A model generated the notes under the pieces. That model ran no database searches. It had not been told where the DNA came from and worked only from the letters and a program-made list of their open reading frames with translations. DNA of 64,000 nucleotides from Candidatus Latescibacterota bacterium (GTDB taxonomy: Bacteria; Latescibacterota; UBA2968; GCA-2709665), in the NCBI GenBank assembly GCA_965208835.1, contig OZ242358.1:1920001-1984000 (forward strand), read 5' to 3'. A program made the translations under genes and the position numbers. Shown here piece by piece: positions 18,676 to 28,899 of this stretch. Numbering within the stretch: the stretch's first letter is position 1; each line of letters opens with the position of its first letter.

Positions 18676-19580
18676 ATCTGTCGTTCGAAGCGGAACCCAT
18701 TCACCCCCGCCATACGCACCGGCTGCAGGGAATATTCGCGTCGGCCGGGAAGAGCGCGTGGTGTTACTACGCGCCTTTCCTCTGTTGTTTCAGCCTGGCG
18801 CCGGCGCGGGAAGTGTTCGTTGCCGAACACGATGGCGCGCTCTGGCTTCCGGTGCGTCGCGTTGACAGAAGCGGCCGGGCCCGGTTCGACCTGGTCGCAC
18901 CTCCGATACCACTGTCGGCTGAACCGCTCGTTGCCGTTCTGAACGAGATGCGGGAAATCAACGAAGGCCGGTACCCGCGCATTCTGTGGCTGGACGAGAC
19001 CGACAGGCTGCGTCTGCCGCCGGATCGGCTGGAAGTTCGGCTCAAGTCACGGGAATATCTCTACGATCCGTCGAAGGTCGCGGCGGCCGCGGGTCGGCCG
19101 TACAGGGATCTGCGCAAACGAATAAGTCGCTTCCGGAGAGAAACGGACCCGCACTTTCGGGAGATGACGCCCGCGGATGTCACGCCATGCGAGTCGCTGT
19201 TGCGGCACTGGCGCAAACGGCAGGGCCGCAAGAGGGATTTCCTCCTCGACTGGGGATATACCCGGTCGGCGTTATCGAATTTCGGACGATGGACGTCCGA
19301 GGAACTCCAGGGATGGTGTGTGGAGTTGGAGGGCAGGATCGCGGCCTTCGCGTTCGCCGGACGCATGCGTACGGGGCTGGCCAATTTCTTCATTGCGAAA
19401 ACGGATCCCGAAGTGCGCGGCCTGTCGGAATATCTGCGAATGGAGGTCTACCGGGTGCTGATGGGTTTCGATCTTGTCAACGACGCGGGCGACTTGGGGC
19501 TTCCTGGACTGAGGCAGCATAAGCGAAAATTCCGGCCGGTCGACCGGATTCCGGTCTACAGCGCGTCGTTTTCGAATTGA
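18672..19580 (+). CDS. DUF2156 / LPG-synthase C-terminal-like (GNAT/Fem fold) protein
   Basis: EYLYD..GRPYRDLRKRISRF, KTDPEVRGL and VNDAGDLGLPGLRQHKRKFRP. ATGA overlap with the upstream gene. Confidence 0.78.
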   Translation: MNLSFEAEPIHPRHTHRLQGIFASAGKSAWCYYAPFLCCFSLAPAREVFVAEHDGALWLPVRRVDRSGRARFDLVAPPIPLSAEPLVAVLNEMREINEGRYPRILWLDETDRLRLPPDRLEVRLKSREYLYDPSKVAAAAGRPYRDLRKRISRFRRETDPHFREMTPADVTPCESLLRHWRKRQGRKRDFLLDWGYTRSALSNFGRWTSEELQGWCVELEGRIAAFAFAGRMRTGLANFFIAKTDPEVRGLSEYLRMEVYRVLMGFDLVNDAGDLGLPGLRQHKRKFRPVDRIPVYSASFSN

Positions 19581-19688
19581 CGAACAGTGTCGAGGCCTGT
19601 CGTTCAGACGTGCGCCACGGCGGAATGTGTCGAACTCCGGCAGGGCTGAAAGCTGGAAGATGACGGTCACAAGACAAGGAGGCTGTGC

Positions 19689-20312
19689 TTGACCGCTGCG
19701 AAAGCTACCAATATCGTGTGGCACGAAGGCCACGTGGGACGAGCGGAACGGGAGAAGCTGTTGGCGCAGGCGGGGTGCCTGGTGTGGTTGACCGGCCTGC
19801 CTTCCTCCGGCAAGAGTACCATTGCGTTTACCGTGGAACACGCGCTGGTTGCCCGGGGGCGGGTGGCCTATGTGCTGGATGGAGACAATGTCCGGCACGG
19901 GTTGAATAAGAACCTGGGTTTTTCGGCCGAAGACAGGGCTGAGAATATCCGACGCATCGGTGAGGTGGGAAAACTGTTCGTGGATGCCGGGATCCTTGCC
20001 ATAAGCAGCTTCGTCAGCCCGTACAGGCTGGACCGTGACGGGGTCCGCGCGATGCTGGATCGCGGTGATTTTCTGGAGGTTTTCGTGGACACCCCCCTGG
20101 CTGTCTGTGAAGAAAGGGACCCCAAGGGGCTTTACAAGAAAGCGCGTGCGGGAGAAATACCGGATTTTACGGGTATCTCGGATCCCTACGAGCCGCCGGA
20201 GGATCCGGAGCTTGTAATCAAGGCCGCCGAGTGTTCCCCCGAGGAGGCGGCGCAGCAGATCCTCGATATGCTCGAGCTGGAGGAGAAGATTCCGAAAGAG
20301 GGCGCGCGATAG
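19689..20312 (+). CDS. cysC: Adenylyl-sulfate kinase
   Basis: WLTGLPSSGKST, LDGDNVRHGL, RDPKGLY and FTGISDPYE. Confidence 0.96.
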   Translation: MTAAKATNIVWHEGHVGRAEREKLLAQAGCLVWLTGLPSSGKSTIAFTVEHALVARGRVAYVLDGDNVRHGLNKNLGFSAEDRAENIRRIGEVGKLFVDAGILAISSFVSPYRLDRDGVRAMLDRGDFLEVFVDTPLAVCEERDPKGLYKKARAGEIPDFTGISDPYEPPEDPELVIKAAECSPEEAAQQILDMLELEEKIPKEGAR

Positions 20313-20388
20313 TGCGCAGTCGCAAGAGCCTGTTGAACATGATCACGCCTGTCGAACCGATGGCAATGATGCTGGAGGGACACGAACC

Positions 20389-21765
20389 GTGATATCGCTG
20401 GACGGGCGGCGGGTGCTCGTGATGGGCCTGGGCCTGTTCGGCGGGGGCGTGGGTGCGGTGCGGTTCCTGTGCAGGGAAGGCGCACGGGTGACCGTTACCG
20501 ACCTGCGGCCGGCAGAGGCGCTTGAGGAGTCGCTGCGTGTTCTAGAGTCGTTGCCTGTCGTCTACAGGCTGGGCGGACACGAGGCGGCGGATTTCCGGGC
20601 CGCGGACCTTATCGTGGCCAACCCCGGGGTGCCCCGGTCTTCCCCGTTCCTGAAGGTTGCCGGAAGACGTGGAATCCCCGTAACAACGGAGATCTGCCTG
20701 TTTGCAGAGCGGTGCGCGGCGCCGGTCGTGGGGATTACGGGCAGCAGCGGAAAGACGACGACAACGTCTCTGGTCGGGGAGATGATACGTCGCAAGACGC
20801 CGCGGACGTTGGTGGGCGGAAATATCGGGGGGTCGTTGCTGGATCGGCTGGAGGAGATAACCGCGGACACTCGCGTCGTCCTCGAACTGTCCAGCTTTCA
20901 GCTGGATAGGCTGAGCGATCTGCAATGGAGCCCGCAGACGGCCGTAGTTACGAATTTTGCCCCCAACCACCTGGATATGCACGGTTCGCTGGAGGCCTAC
21001 AACCGGGCGAAACGCCAGATAATCGCACATCAGGGCGAAGGCGACGTCGAGGTATTGAACGGCGACGACCCGGAAGTTCGGCAGTGGTCCGGCCGCGGAC
21101 GCCGTGTCGTCTTCGGCACGCAACGGACGTCGAACTGCGACGTGTACATTGACGATTGCCACATACGACACCGGATCGGCGGTTTCGAAAGAACCGTCTG
21201 TCCGGCCTGCGAGGTGGCGCTTCCCGGAAAGCACAATCTGTCAAACGCACTGGCCGCCAGCGGAGCGGCGCTTTCCAGCGGTGTGACCGAAGCGGATATT
21301 GCGGCGGTACTGCGTACGTTCAAGGGCGTGCCCCATCGCCTGGAACGGGTTGCCGAAATCCGGGGTGTCACTTACTATAACGACTCCATTGCGACAAGTC
21401 CGGATCGGACGCAGGTGGCGCTCTCGGCCCTCCCTCCGGGTCTGGTGTTGATTGCGGGGGGATACGACAAGGGTCTGGCATTCAGCACGCTGGGCCGACA
21501 AATCGGGCGGAGGGTGTCGCATCTGGTCCTCACGGGTCAGACGTCGGACGCGATCGCGGCTTCGGTACCGGCCGGGTCCACGACACGCATCCTGAGGGCG
21601 GATTCACTGGACGATGCAGTGTCCGCCGCGGCGAGACGTGCAGCGCCGGGAAGTACGGTGTTGTTTTCTCCGGCATCGGCAAGCTACGACCGCTTTCGCA
21701 ATTTCACGGAGCGTGGCGATCGGTTCAGGCAGCTGGTTCTGGATATGAGGACGGGTGATGGCTGA
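20389..21765 (+). CDS. murD: UDP-N-acetylmuramoyl-L-alanine--D-glutamate ligase
   Basis: GITGSSGKTTT, GGNIG, LELSSFQL, HRLE, YNDS and SPASASYD. Confidence 0.94.
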   Translation: MISLDGRRVLVMGLGLFGGGVGAVRFLCREGARVTVTDLRPAEALEESLRVLESLPVVYRLGGHEAADFRAADLIVANPGVPRSSPFLKVAGRRGIPVTTEICLFAERCAAPVVGITGSSGKTTTTSLVGEMIRRKTPRTLVGGNIGGSLLDRLEEITADTRVVLELSSFQLDRLSDLQWSPQTAVVTNFAPNHLDMHGSLEAYNRAKRQIIAHQGEGDVEVLNGDDPEVRQWSGRGRRVVFGTQRTSNCDVYIDDCHIRHRIGGFERTVCPACEVALPGKHNLSNALAASGAALSSGVTEADIAAVLRTFKGVPHRLERVAEIRGVTYYNDSIATSPDRTQVALSALPPGLVLIAGGYDKGLAFSTLGRQIGRRVSHLVLTGQTSDAIAASVPAGSTTRILRADSLDDAVSAAARRAAPGSTVLFSPASASYDRFRNFTERGDRFRQLVLDMRTGDG

Positions 21766-22597
21766 GACAATCGACTTGAGGGCAATCGCGCCGACCATAT
21801 CACGTGTACTCGACGTTCCCGCACCCAATGGCGCTGAGGCGGCGCCGATCGACGAAGTCGTCGATACCCTGCGTGCCGCAGACCGGCTTGCGCTGGTGGT
21901 GGTTGACGGCTTCGGCTCGTCGCTGTGGGCGCATGTTCGCGAGGACGTGCCGGTTTTCAACCGGATCGCGGCGCTTCGGCATCGGGAGATCCAATCCGTG
22001 CTTCCCTCGATGACCTACATATGCATTTCAACGATGTTGACCGGCGTGTCGCCGTCCTCGCACGGCGTCACGGATTTGCAGACGATGATCCGGGCGACCC
22101 GGTCGCCCGATATGGATTCCGTCTTCAACCGCGTGCGCGACGCCGGCGGACAGACGCTGATGGCCGTCCACAAGAGGGATGTGGCGGGGTTGGACGTAGA
22201 GCGCTTCGCCGACAGGACGGTCCTCGCGGAGGAACGAAACGATCTGGAGATCTACGCCCGCGTTCCCGGTTTAATCCGCGAACATTCGCCGTCGTTTGCG
22301 TTTGTCCATTTGCTGGACGTAGATGAAGCGGGTCACAAGTACGGTCCCTACGCGCCGGAGGTCCGGCAGACCGCATCGGGGATGGACCGGAATCTGGGAG
22401 GCCTGCTGGCCTGCCTTGCGACTTGCGGATACGCGGTGGTAATCGTAGCGGACCACGGCATGCACGAGTCGCCGGAGCGCGTTATGGACGAAGGCGGGAA
22501 TCGCGGAATGCACGATGGCTCGGTTCAGGAGGACCTGGCCGTTCCGCTGTTGTGGGCGACGGCGAAAGAACTGCGTGACATTGAGCGGGGAAGATAG
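21758..22597 (+). CDS. Alkaline phosphatase superfamily (phosphodiesterase / PglZ-like) protein
   Basis: VVVDGFG, PSMT, DEAGH, ADHG and HDG metal-ligand motifs. Confidence 0.8.
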   Translation: MAETIDLRAIAPTISRVLDVPAPNGAEAAPIDEVVDTLRAADRLALVVVDGFGSSLWAHVREDVPVFNRIAALRHREIQSVLPSMTYICISTMLTGVSPSSHGVTDLQTMIRATRSPDMDSVFNRVRDAGGQTLMAVHKRDVAGLDVERFADRTVLAEERNDLEIYARVPGLIREHSPSFAFVHLLDVDEAGHKYGPYAPEVRQTASGMDRNLGGLLACLATCGYAVVIVADHGMHESPERVMDEGGNRGMHDGSVQEDLAVPLLWATAKELRDIERGR

Positions 22598-22659
22598 TAC
22601 GTAAACGAGGCCGGACGTTCCTGCCGTCCGGCCAACACTTTACCTTGTGTCGTTTCTGT

Positions 22660-23523
22660 TCAGGCACCGTCTGAATACGGCATGAGTTTCCGGCCTCGGG
22701 TGGGGTGGCGGAGCTTTCTGAGCGCCTTTTCCTTGATCTGCCTCACGCGTTCCCTTGTGAGTCTGAACCGGATGCCAATTTCTTCCAGGGTCATTTCGGC
22801 GTCGCCGCCCAGGCCGAAATAGAGGCGAATGACCTCCCGTTCCCGTTCTTCCAGTGTATCCAGTGCCGCGAAGATCTCATCTTCCAGTGAATTCTGCAGG
22901 AGGAGATGGTCGGGCGATTCCTGGTTTTCGTCAGTCATGACTTCCAGCAGGCTGTTTTCTTCGTCTTCGCCGAAGGTCATGTCAAGCGAGAGGATGCGCT
23001 GTCCGCTGGCAAGGGTATCGACCACCTGCTCGACCGAGATCCCAAGCTCCTCGGCGATCTCTTCTTCGGGGGGACGCCCGGACGTCTCCTGCTGCCGGTT
23101 ATTGACGTAGCGGGAGATGCGGCGCAGAAGGTCCACCCGGTTAAGCGGAAGACGTACGACCCGGGAATGTTCGGCCAGTGTTTGGAGAATGGACTGGCGA
23201 ATCCACCAGACCGCATAGGAAATGAACTTGAATCCCTTGGTTTCGTCGAATCTCTCCGCCGCGGTAATGAGCCCGACGTTGCCAGCACTGATCAGATCCG
23301 CCAGCGGAACGCCCTGGTTCTGGTATTCCCTGGCTACGGTGATGACAAACCGAAGGTTGGCCTCGACTAGCTTCCTGCGGGCTTCGAGGTCTCCCTTTTT
23401 GATACGACGGGCAAGAAAGACTTCCTCCTGGGACGTCAACGGCTCCGACGTTGCGACGTCTTCCAGGTACCGGTGCAGTGAATCTTTCGCTTCATCGCGG
23501 TAGATTCCGCTCTTTCTGGCCAC
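22660..23523 (-). CDS. RNA polymerase sigma factor, RpoD/SigA family (short form without region 1.1)
   Basis: LVEANLRFV, FKFISYAVWWIRQ and LTRERVRQIKEKALRKL. GTG start follows GAGGTG. Confidence 0.92.
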   Translation of the reverse strand: MARKSGIYRDEAKDSLHRYLEDVATSEPLTSQEEVFLARRIKKGDLEARRKLVEANLRFVITVAREYQNQGVPLADLISAGNVGLITAAERFDETKGFKFISYAVWWIRQSILQTLAEHSRVVRLPLNRVDLLRRISRYVNNRQQETSGRPPEEEIAEELGISVEQVVDTLASGQRILSLDMTFGEDEENSLLEVMTDENQESPDHLLLQNSLEDEIFAALDTLEEREREVIRLYFGLGGDAEMTLEEIGIRFRLTRERVRQIKEKALRKLRHPTRGRKLMPYSDGA

Positions 23524-23604
23524 GAAGATCACCTCGTACGGATATGCAATTGGCGGACGGGATTCTGCAACCGGAGGGAGGAAATAGGAGATGGAATCAA
23601 TTTG

Positions 23605-23633
23605 AATATTCGGTGTTTCCTGTACGATGTCAA
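23605..23633 (-). promoter_or_regulatory. Putative promoter of the sigma factor gene
   Basis: Minus strand reads TTGACA-N17-AATATT. Confidence 0.5.
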
Positions 23634-23734
23634 GCGAAATCTCCCACGCGGACTGCAGTGAATATCGGGATGTGCGGCGGGGTCCGCGTCCCGGCTCTCG
23701 GAACAGCTTCCTGGCGACGTATGGAGGGGTTGCA

Positions 23735-24793
23735 ATGGATATGTCAATTGATCGATCACGATTATTGAAGTTGCTGGAAAGACTCCTGACGGCGCATGCT
23801 CCGCCGGGGGCAGAAGGCGAAGTGGACGCCATTGTAATGGATGAGGTGCGTCCCCTCTCGGCGTCGGTGTGGCAGGACCCGGCCGAGAGCATCGTGATTC
23901 ACTTCAGGGGCCGGGGAGATGGCGCGCCCGTTGCCGTCACGGCGCACAAGGACGAAATCTCGCTTATGGTCAAGCGTGTCCAGGAAGACGGGCGGCTGCG
24001 GGTCCGGCCGCTGGGCGGGCTCCACGCGTGGGCGGTGGGCGAGGGGCCGGTTGAAGTGCTCACCGAATGTGAGCCGGTAACGGGGGTTCTCTCTGTCGGC
24101 TCCAAGCATGTTTCCGACGAAAGTCCTGCGGGTCGTCTGAAGACGGGCAAGGCGGTGGAATGGGAGGCGTTCTGGATCGAGACCAAGCGCAGCGCCGCGG
24201 AACTGCAGGATCTCGGCGTACATCGCGGCAGCAAGGCGGTGCTTGCGCGTTCGCGCAAAACGCCCGTGTTTATGGGAGACTTCATCTGTGGCTACAATCT
24301 GGACTGCAGGGCCGGGCTGGCCGTCCTGATCGAGGCGGCCAGGCAGTTGGCCGAGACGCCGCCGCCGCATGACGTGTATCTCATCGCCAGTTCGGAGGAG
24401 GAGATCGGCGCGCAGGGCGCCGCGTTTTCGATCGGACAACTGCCCGCTCAAACGGCGATCGCGCTGGATATCGCACCCGTGGCCGAGGAGTATCAGATTG
24501 AGAATTGCGGAAAACCGGTTCTGCTCTGGGGTGACGCGACCGGGGTTTACCACGAACGGACGTTGCGCCACCTGGAATCACTGGCAACAGGTATGGGATT
24601 TGAGACTCAGCCGGCAGTGGTAACCTCATACGGGAGCGACGCAAGTATCGCCAAGCGTATCGGATCCGCCGGACGGTCCGCCTGCATCGCGTACCCGGGA
24701 GAGAACACCCACGGGTACGAGATCTGTTCGATGGAAGGGATCGTCAATTCGGCCAGGCTGCTGATGGCCTACCTGAGGAATCCCCCGGATTGA
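23735..24793 (+). CDS. M42 family metallopeptidase
   Basis: AHKDEI, NLDCRAG, SEEEIG, ALDI and NTHGYE. Confidence 0.88.
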   Translation: MDMSIDRSRLLKLLERLLTAHAPPGAEGEVDAIVMDEVRPLSASVWQDPAESIVIHFRGRGDGAPVAVTAHKDEISLMVKRVQEDGRLRVRPLGGLHAWAVGEGPVEVLTECEPVTGVLSVGSKHVSDESPAGRLKTGKAVEWEAFWIETKRSAAELQDLGVHRGSKAVLARSRKTPVFMGDFICGYNLDCRAGLAVLIEAARQLAETPPPHDVYLIASSEEEIGAQGAAFSIGQLPAQTAIALDIAPVAEEYQIENCGKPVLLWGDATGVYHERTLRHLESLATGMGFETQPAVVTSYGSDASIAKRIGSAGRSACIAYPGENTHGYEICSMEGIVNSARLLMAYLRNPPD

Positions 24794-24887
24794 GCGTTGG
24801 TCGGCAGACGTGAGGTGATCCGGTCATCGGAAGACAGGCAACGCACGCGGACGCTCCGGGCATGGCGGAAAGCAGCGGTTTATACTT

Positions 24888-25637
24888 ATGCTAATTAGAA
24901 ATATAAAAGGACAATATCAATTCCTTAAAGGAATCGAACCCTATTCATGCGGCGTCATTGCCGAGACGGGATACGAGATCGTGCACGCGACGTTGACGGA
25001 ACCGTTACCGTGGCGCGAGGGATTCGAGAAGGTGGATGTGCATCTTCGCAGGTCGAGCCGGGTGCGGAACGCGCTTTGCGGTGTGGAACTCCGATGCCCG
25101 AAACCGCATCCGATGGACGGATTCATCGAATTCAACGAGGACTATTGCGGACTTCTTGCGTCCTGGGGCCTGCACGTGGACGGAATGAACCCGGTCGCGC
25201 GAACCAATGTCGCGCCGTTGCACAATCCGCCGGACGATACCACGATGTACGGTTTTTCATACACCGTGCCCTGCCGGGAGGAACACGGCCGTACATTCGT
25301 CATCGCGGGCGCGGGTGAACTGCTCGAGGGCGAACTGGTGCGCGACGGCATCGTCAGGCGGGGTGAAACGGGCTCGGACGCGATGCGGGAGAAGGCGGCG
25401 TACGTGGTGCATGTGATGGCGGATCGGCTGGCTGGGCTGGGAGTGAACTGGGATCAGGTGACCGCCGTGAATGTTTACACGGCGCACCGGTTGGACCGCC
25501 TTCTGAAGGATGTCGTATTGCCTGGCGTCGGGGCGGCGCAGCGTCACGGCTTCCGGTTGTACCCGGCGCGACCGCCCGTGATCGGGATCGAGTTCGAGAT
25601 GGACCTCCGCGGTATAAGGAGGGAAATCCGTATCTGA
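24888..25637 (+). CDS. CnbZ-like (2-amino-5-chloromuconate deaminase / RidA-fold) protein
   Basis: PYSCGV, LCGVELR, NPVARTNV, FVIAGAGE and ARPPV..EFEMD.R. Confidence 0.72.
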   Translation: MLIRNIKGQYQFLKGIEPYSCGVIAETGYEIVHATLTEPLPWREGFEKVDVHLRRSSRVRNALCGVELRCPKPHPMDGFIEFNEDYCGLLASWGLHVDGMNPVARTNVAPLHNPPDDTTMYGFSYTVPCREEHGRTFVIAGAGELLEGELVRDGIVRRGETGSDAMREKAAYVVHVMADRLAGLGVNWDQVTAVNVYTAHRLDRLLKDVVLPGVGAAQRHGFRLYPARPPVIGIEFEMDLRGIRREIRI

Positions 25638-25698
25638 GGCCGTCGCCCACGTGCGAATGCGTCCGGCCTCCGCCGAGGGCGGGGTTCGTCCGGGCAGG

Positions 25699-26667
25699 CT
25701 ACGGTATCAGGAGCACCTTGCCCGTCGTCAGTCTGCCTTCGAGCAGCCGGTGGGCTTCCCGGGCATCCGACAGGGGCAGCGTACGGTCGATCCGCAGACT
25801 GAGCTTCCCGGTTTGAATCCAGCCTAACACGTCATTGGCGCGAAGTTCCAGTTCCTCTCGGCTCGCAGTGTAGTCGACAAGGGTGGGGCGCGTCAAAAAG
25901 ATCGAGCCCAGACGGCTGAGCAGCAGCGGATCGACTGGCGGTACCGGGCCGCTGGCATTTCCGAACAGCACGAGGTAGCCCCTGGGAGACAGGCAATTCA
26001 TGCTCTTTTCCCACGTGGTCTTCCCAACCGAGTCGTATACCACATGCACGCCCTGTCCGTCCGTCAGCCGGCTGACTTCGGCTTCGAAATCCTGTTCGGT
26101 GTATCTGATGACTTCATCCGCTCCTGCGCCCCGGGCCAGTTGCGCCTTTTCTTCCGTTGACACCGTCCCGATGACGCGCGCCCCCCGCATTTTCGCCATC
26201 TGAACCAGAATGAGTCCCACGCCTCCCGCGGCTGCGTGGATGAGCACCGTGTCGCCTTCCAGAACGTTGCACGTACTGTGAACGAGATAGTGGGATGTCA
26301 TCCCCTGGAGCATGGCGGCCGCGCCGGCGGCGGCATCCACGCCATCGGGGAGTCTGACGAGTCTCTCCTGCGGGGCTGCGACGAATTCGGCGTATGAACC
26401 GGGTACTCCCGCGTAGGCGACGAGATCACCGGGCCGGAAATCCGTGGCGTCAGTCCCCAGGGCCGCCACCGTGCCGGCGGCCTCGAGACCGGGAATGAAG
26501 GGCAGGTCCAGCGGATAGAGGCCCGTGCGGTGGTAGGTGTCAATATAGTTCAGACCGATGGCATCGATTCTGACCAATACCTCGTTCGGGCCGGGATCGG
26601 GATTCGGAACGTCTTTAAAGAGGAGGACCTCGGGTCCGCCGGTGCGGTCAACTTGAATCGCTTTCAT
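25699..26667 (-). CDS. qor: NADPH:quinone oxidoreductase (zeta-crystallin type)
   Basis: GLNYIDTY, HAAAGGVG, VYDSVG and TTGKVLL. Confidence 0.92.
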   Translation of the reverse strand: MKAIQVDRTGGPEVLLFKDVPNPDPGPNEVLVRIDAIGLNYIDTYHRTGLYPLDLPFIPGLEAAGTVAALGTDATDFRPGDLVAYAGVPGSYAEFVAAPQERLVRLPDGVDAAAGAAAMLQGMTSHYLVHSTCNVLEGDTVLIHAAAGGVGLILVQMAKMRGARVIGTVSTEEKAQLARGAGADEVIRYTEQDFEAEVSRLTDGQGVHVVYDSVGKTTWEKSMNCLSPRGYLVLFGNASGPVPPVDPLLLSRLGSIFLTRPTLVDYTASREELELRANDVLGWIQTGKLSLRIDRTLPLSDAREAHRLLEGRLTTGKVLLIP

Positions 26668-26685
26668 GGAATTCTCCTTTGGAAT

Positions 26686-28899
26686 TCAGTGCCTTGCCGT
26701 AATTCCGAGCGAAATACGTCTGGGCGAACCCAGATTGCGTTCGACAACGGCGTAGTTGTACTCCAGGGCGTTATGTGCCTTCAGCACCACCTGGGCCTCT
26801 CCGAACGCGTACGAGGCCGAGACGTCGAGCAGATAAACGGGTATGAGATCGCGGTTTCCTTCCGGTAACAGTCCGGAAGCGCGCAGGATTCGGCTTCTGA
26901 ACCTGAAACGGCCTCCCAGTGTGAGTCGGCCGAATGTGGTCTGTATACCCGCGGTGCCGATGTGCCGGGAGCGATAGGGCAGCGGAAGGTCCCCCTCCGG
27001 CAAGTTTTCGATCGCGCTGATGAACGTATAGTTCCCCTCGAGGCGAACCGGATCGATCGCCGCGGCCAGGCTCGTCTCGACGCCGGCAATACGGCCCTTC
27101 GCAACGTTTCTGAACTGCACGACGCCGGTGGCGTCCGGCCTGGCCTCCACGAGGTCCTGGTAGCGGCTCCAGAATGCCGCGGCGTTGATGACGGACCAGG
27201 GAGTCGGACGGTGATCCAGCGCGACTTCGGCGGAGGTGCTCCTCTCGGCCACAAGGCCGGTGTTGGGAATAATCGGAATCGCGGAGAAGGTGGCGTCGGT
27301 GTAGATTTCGGCGATCGATGGGCCTCTGAAACCCCATCCCAGCGTCCCGCGCAACGTGGTGCGTCCGGATGTGCGATACGAGAACCCAAGCTTGGGGCTC
27401 AAACGGTTCTCCGCGCCGCGGTCGTCGGTGCGATATCGGTCGTAGCGGCTGCCCGCCGACAGCGTAACCCGATCCGTGGGTTCGATTTCGGCCTGGGCAT
27501 AGCCCGCCAGGTTGAGCCCGGTGTGATTGCCGAAGAGATGATCGGAAGAATTCACGACGTCATGAATCCACTGTGTGCCGACCGTCAGCGCCACCTTCGC
27601 GGCCGGCTGGAGATCCAACTGGAGTTCCTGTCCCAGCTTGTATGCTTCCGACGACGTTCTCCCGCCGATTTCGTTGTCAAATTCCGTCCGATACACGAAC
27701 GATTTAAGTCGATAGCCCGTTTGCGGATTGAGCAGGTGATAGAAATCGACGTTCAGGTTCAGCTTCTGGGATACGGTCTTGTCTCCTTTGGCGCTTTCAG
27801 GCACCTCCAGTGGCTCGTTCCTGTCTTTCCAGAGCACGAAGGTGCCATGATCGTCCAGCGCCCAGTTGCCGGTTGCGGTTAACGTCGCCGCTGCCTTGAA
27901 CCGGTGTCTGAGTTTGCCGAAGAGCTTGTATCTCCTGTGCCACGCGTTTTCCCGGAACCCGTTGGTCCACTTCTGCCCCGCACCCAGGATGAATCCGGTG
28001 TTCCCGGACTGCCGGGAATGGCTGATGTCCGTTCCTTCGTAGTATCTCCCGTTCGACGACCAGCGCCACTCCTGGTGGCCGGGTTCGCTGTAACGGCCGC
28101 CCAGGAACCGAAAGTGCGTCTCGGGTTCGGGCGACGGATTCCGCGTAATAACATTGATGATACCCCCGAGCGCGCCCGTGCCGTAGAGTGCGGACCCGGC
28201 GCCCTTGATGACTTCCACGCGCGCGATCTGGTCGACCGGAATGGCGTCCCACTTGACGTCGCCGTTATCGGCGGACAGCGCCGGGAAGCCGTCGATCAGC
28301 ATGAGTACACGGCTTCCCGTACCCCGGGAATAGCCGCTGGACCCCCTTATGTTGACCTGGCCTCCCACCATATTGACACCGGCAACGTACTCAAGGGATT
28401 CGTTCAGCGTGGCCGAATTGTCAGACTGGATTTCCTCAGAGCTGATGAGTGAAACGCTTGTTGGCGCGTCGACGACGTTTCGGGCGCGTTTGCTTGCGGA
28501 GACCACGATGGCGGGCATGTGGATCGGCGAGGACGCGAGCCGGACGGTAAGCCGCAGGGTATCGCCGGCCGCAACCTCGACGTCCTTCATGACATAAGGA
28601 GCGAAACCCAGCAACGAGACGGACAGGGTATATGGACCTGGCGGCAGACCCGTCAGGCGGAACGCGCCTTCGACGTCTGTTTCGGTTCCGATACCAGTGC
28701 CAAGCAATACGACGTTGGCGCCTGGCAACGGTTCACCGGTCGTTTCGTCGGTTGTTGTTCCGACCATCGTCCCGGGGGTTTCCGCCCGCAGTGCCGAACC
28801 CGGAAGCAGAAGGCAGAGGAGGCAGAAACCCCGTACAAATTTGCCGATCCGGCCGATCGGCGCCCTGCACGAGGTCGAAGTAGGTCTGGATATCGACAT
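26686..28899 (-). CDS. TonB-dependent receptor with N-terminal carboxypeptidase-regulatory-like domain
   Basis: TGEPLPGANV, IRG, VEVIKGAGSALYGTGALGGIINVIT and C-terminal barrel strands. Start uncertain. Confidence 0.88.
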   Translation of the reverse strand: MSISRPTSTSCRAPIGRIGKFVRGFCLLCLLLPGSALRAETPGTMVGTTTDETTGEPLPGANVVLLGTGIGTETDVEGAFRLTGLPPGPYTLSVSLLGFAPYVMKDVEVAAGDTLRLTVRLASSPIHMPAIVVSASKRARNVVDAPTSVSLISSEEIQSDNSATLNESLEYVAGVNMVGGQVNIRGSSGYSRGTGSRVLMLIDGFPALSADNGDVKWDAIPVDQIARVEVIKGAGSALYGTGALGGIINVITRNPSPEPETHFRFLGGRYSEPGHQEWRWSSNGRYYEGTDISHSRQSGNTGFILGAGQKWTNGFRENAWHRRYKLFGKLRHRFKAAATLTATGNWALDDHGTFVLWKDRNEPLEVPESAKGDKTVSQKLNLNVDFYHLLNPQTGYRLKSFVYRTEFDNEIGGRTSSEAYKLGQELQLDLQPAAKVALTVGTQWIHDVVNSSDHLFGNHTGLNLAGYAQAEIEPTDRVTLSAGSRYDRYRTDDRGAENRLSPKLGFSYRTSGRTTLRGTLGWGFRGPSIAEIYTDATFSAIPIIPNTGLVAERSTSAEVALDHRPTPWSVINAAAFWSRYQDLVEARPDATGVVQFRNVAKGRIAGVETSLAAAIDPVRLEGNYTFISAIENLPEGDLPLPYRSRHIGTAGIQTTFGRLTLGGRFRFRSRILRASGLLPEGNRDLIPVYLLDVSASYAFGEAQVVLKAHNALEYNYAVVERNLGSPRRISLGITARH

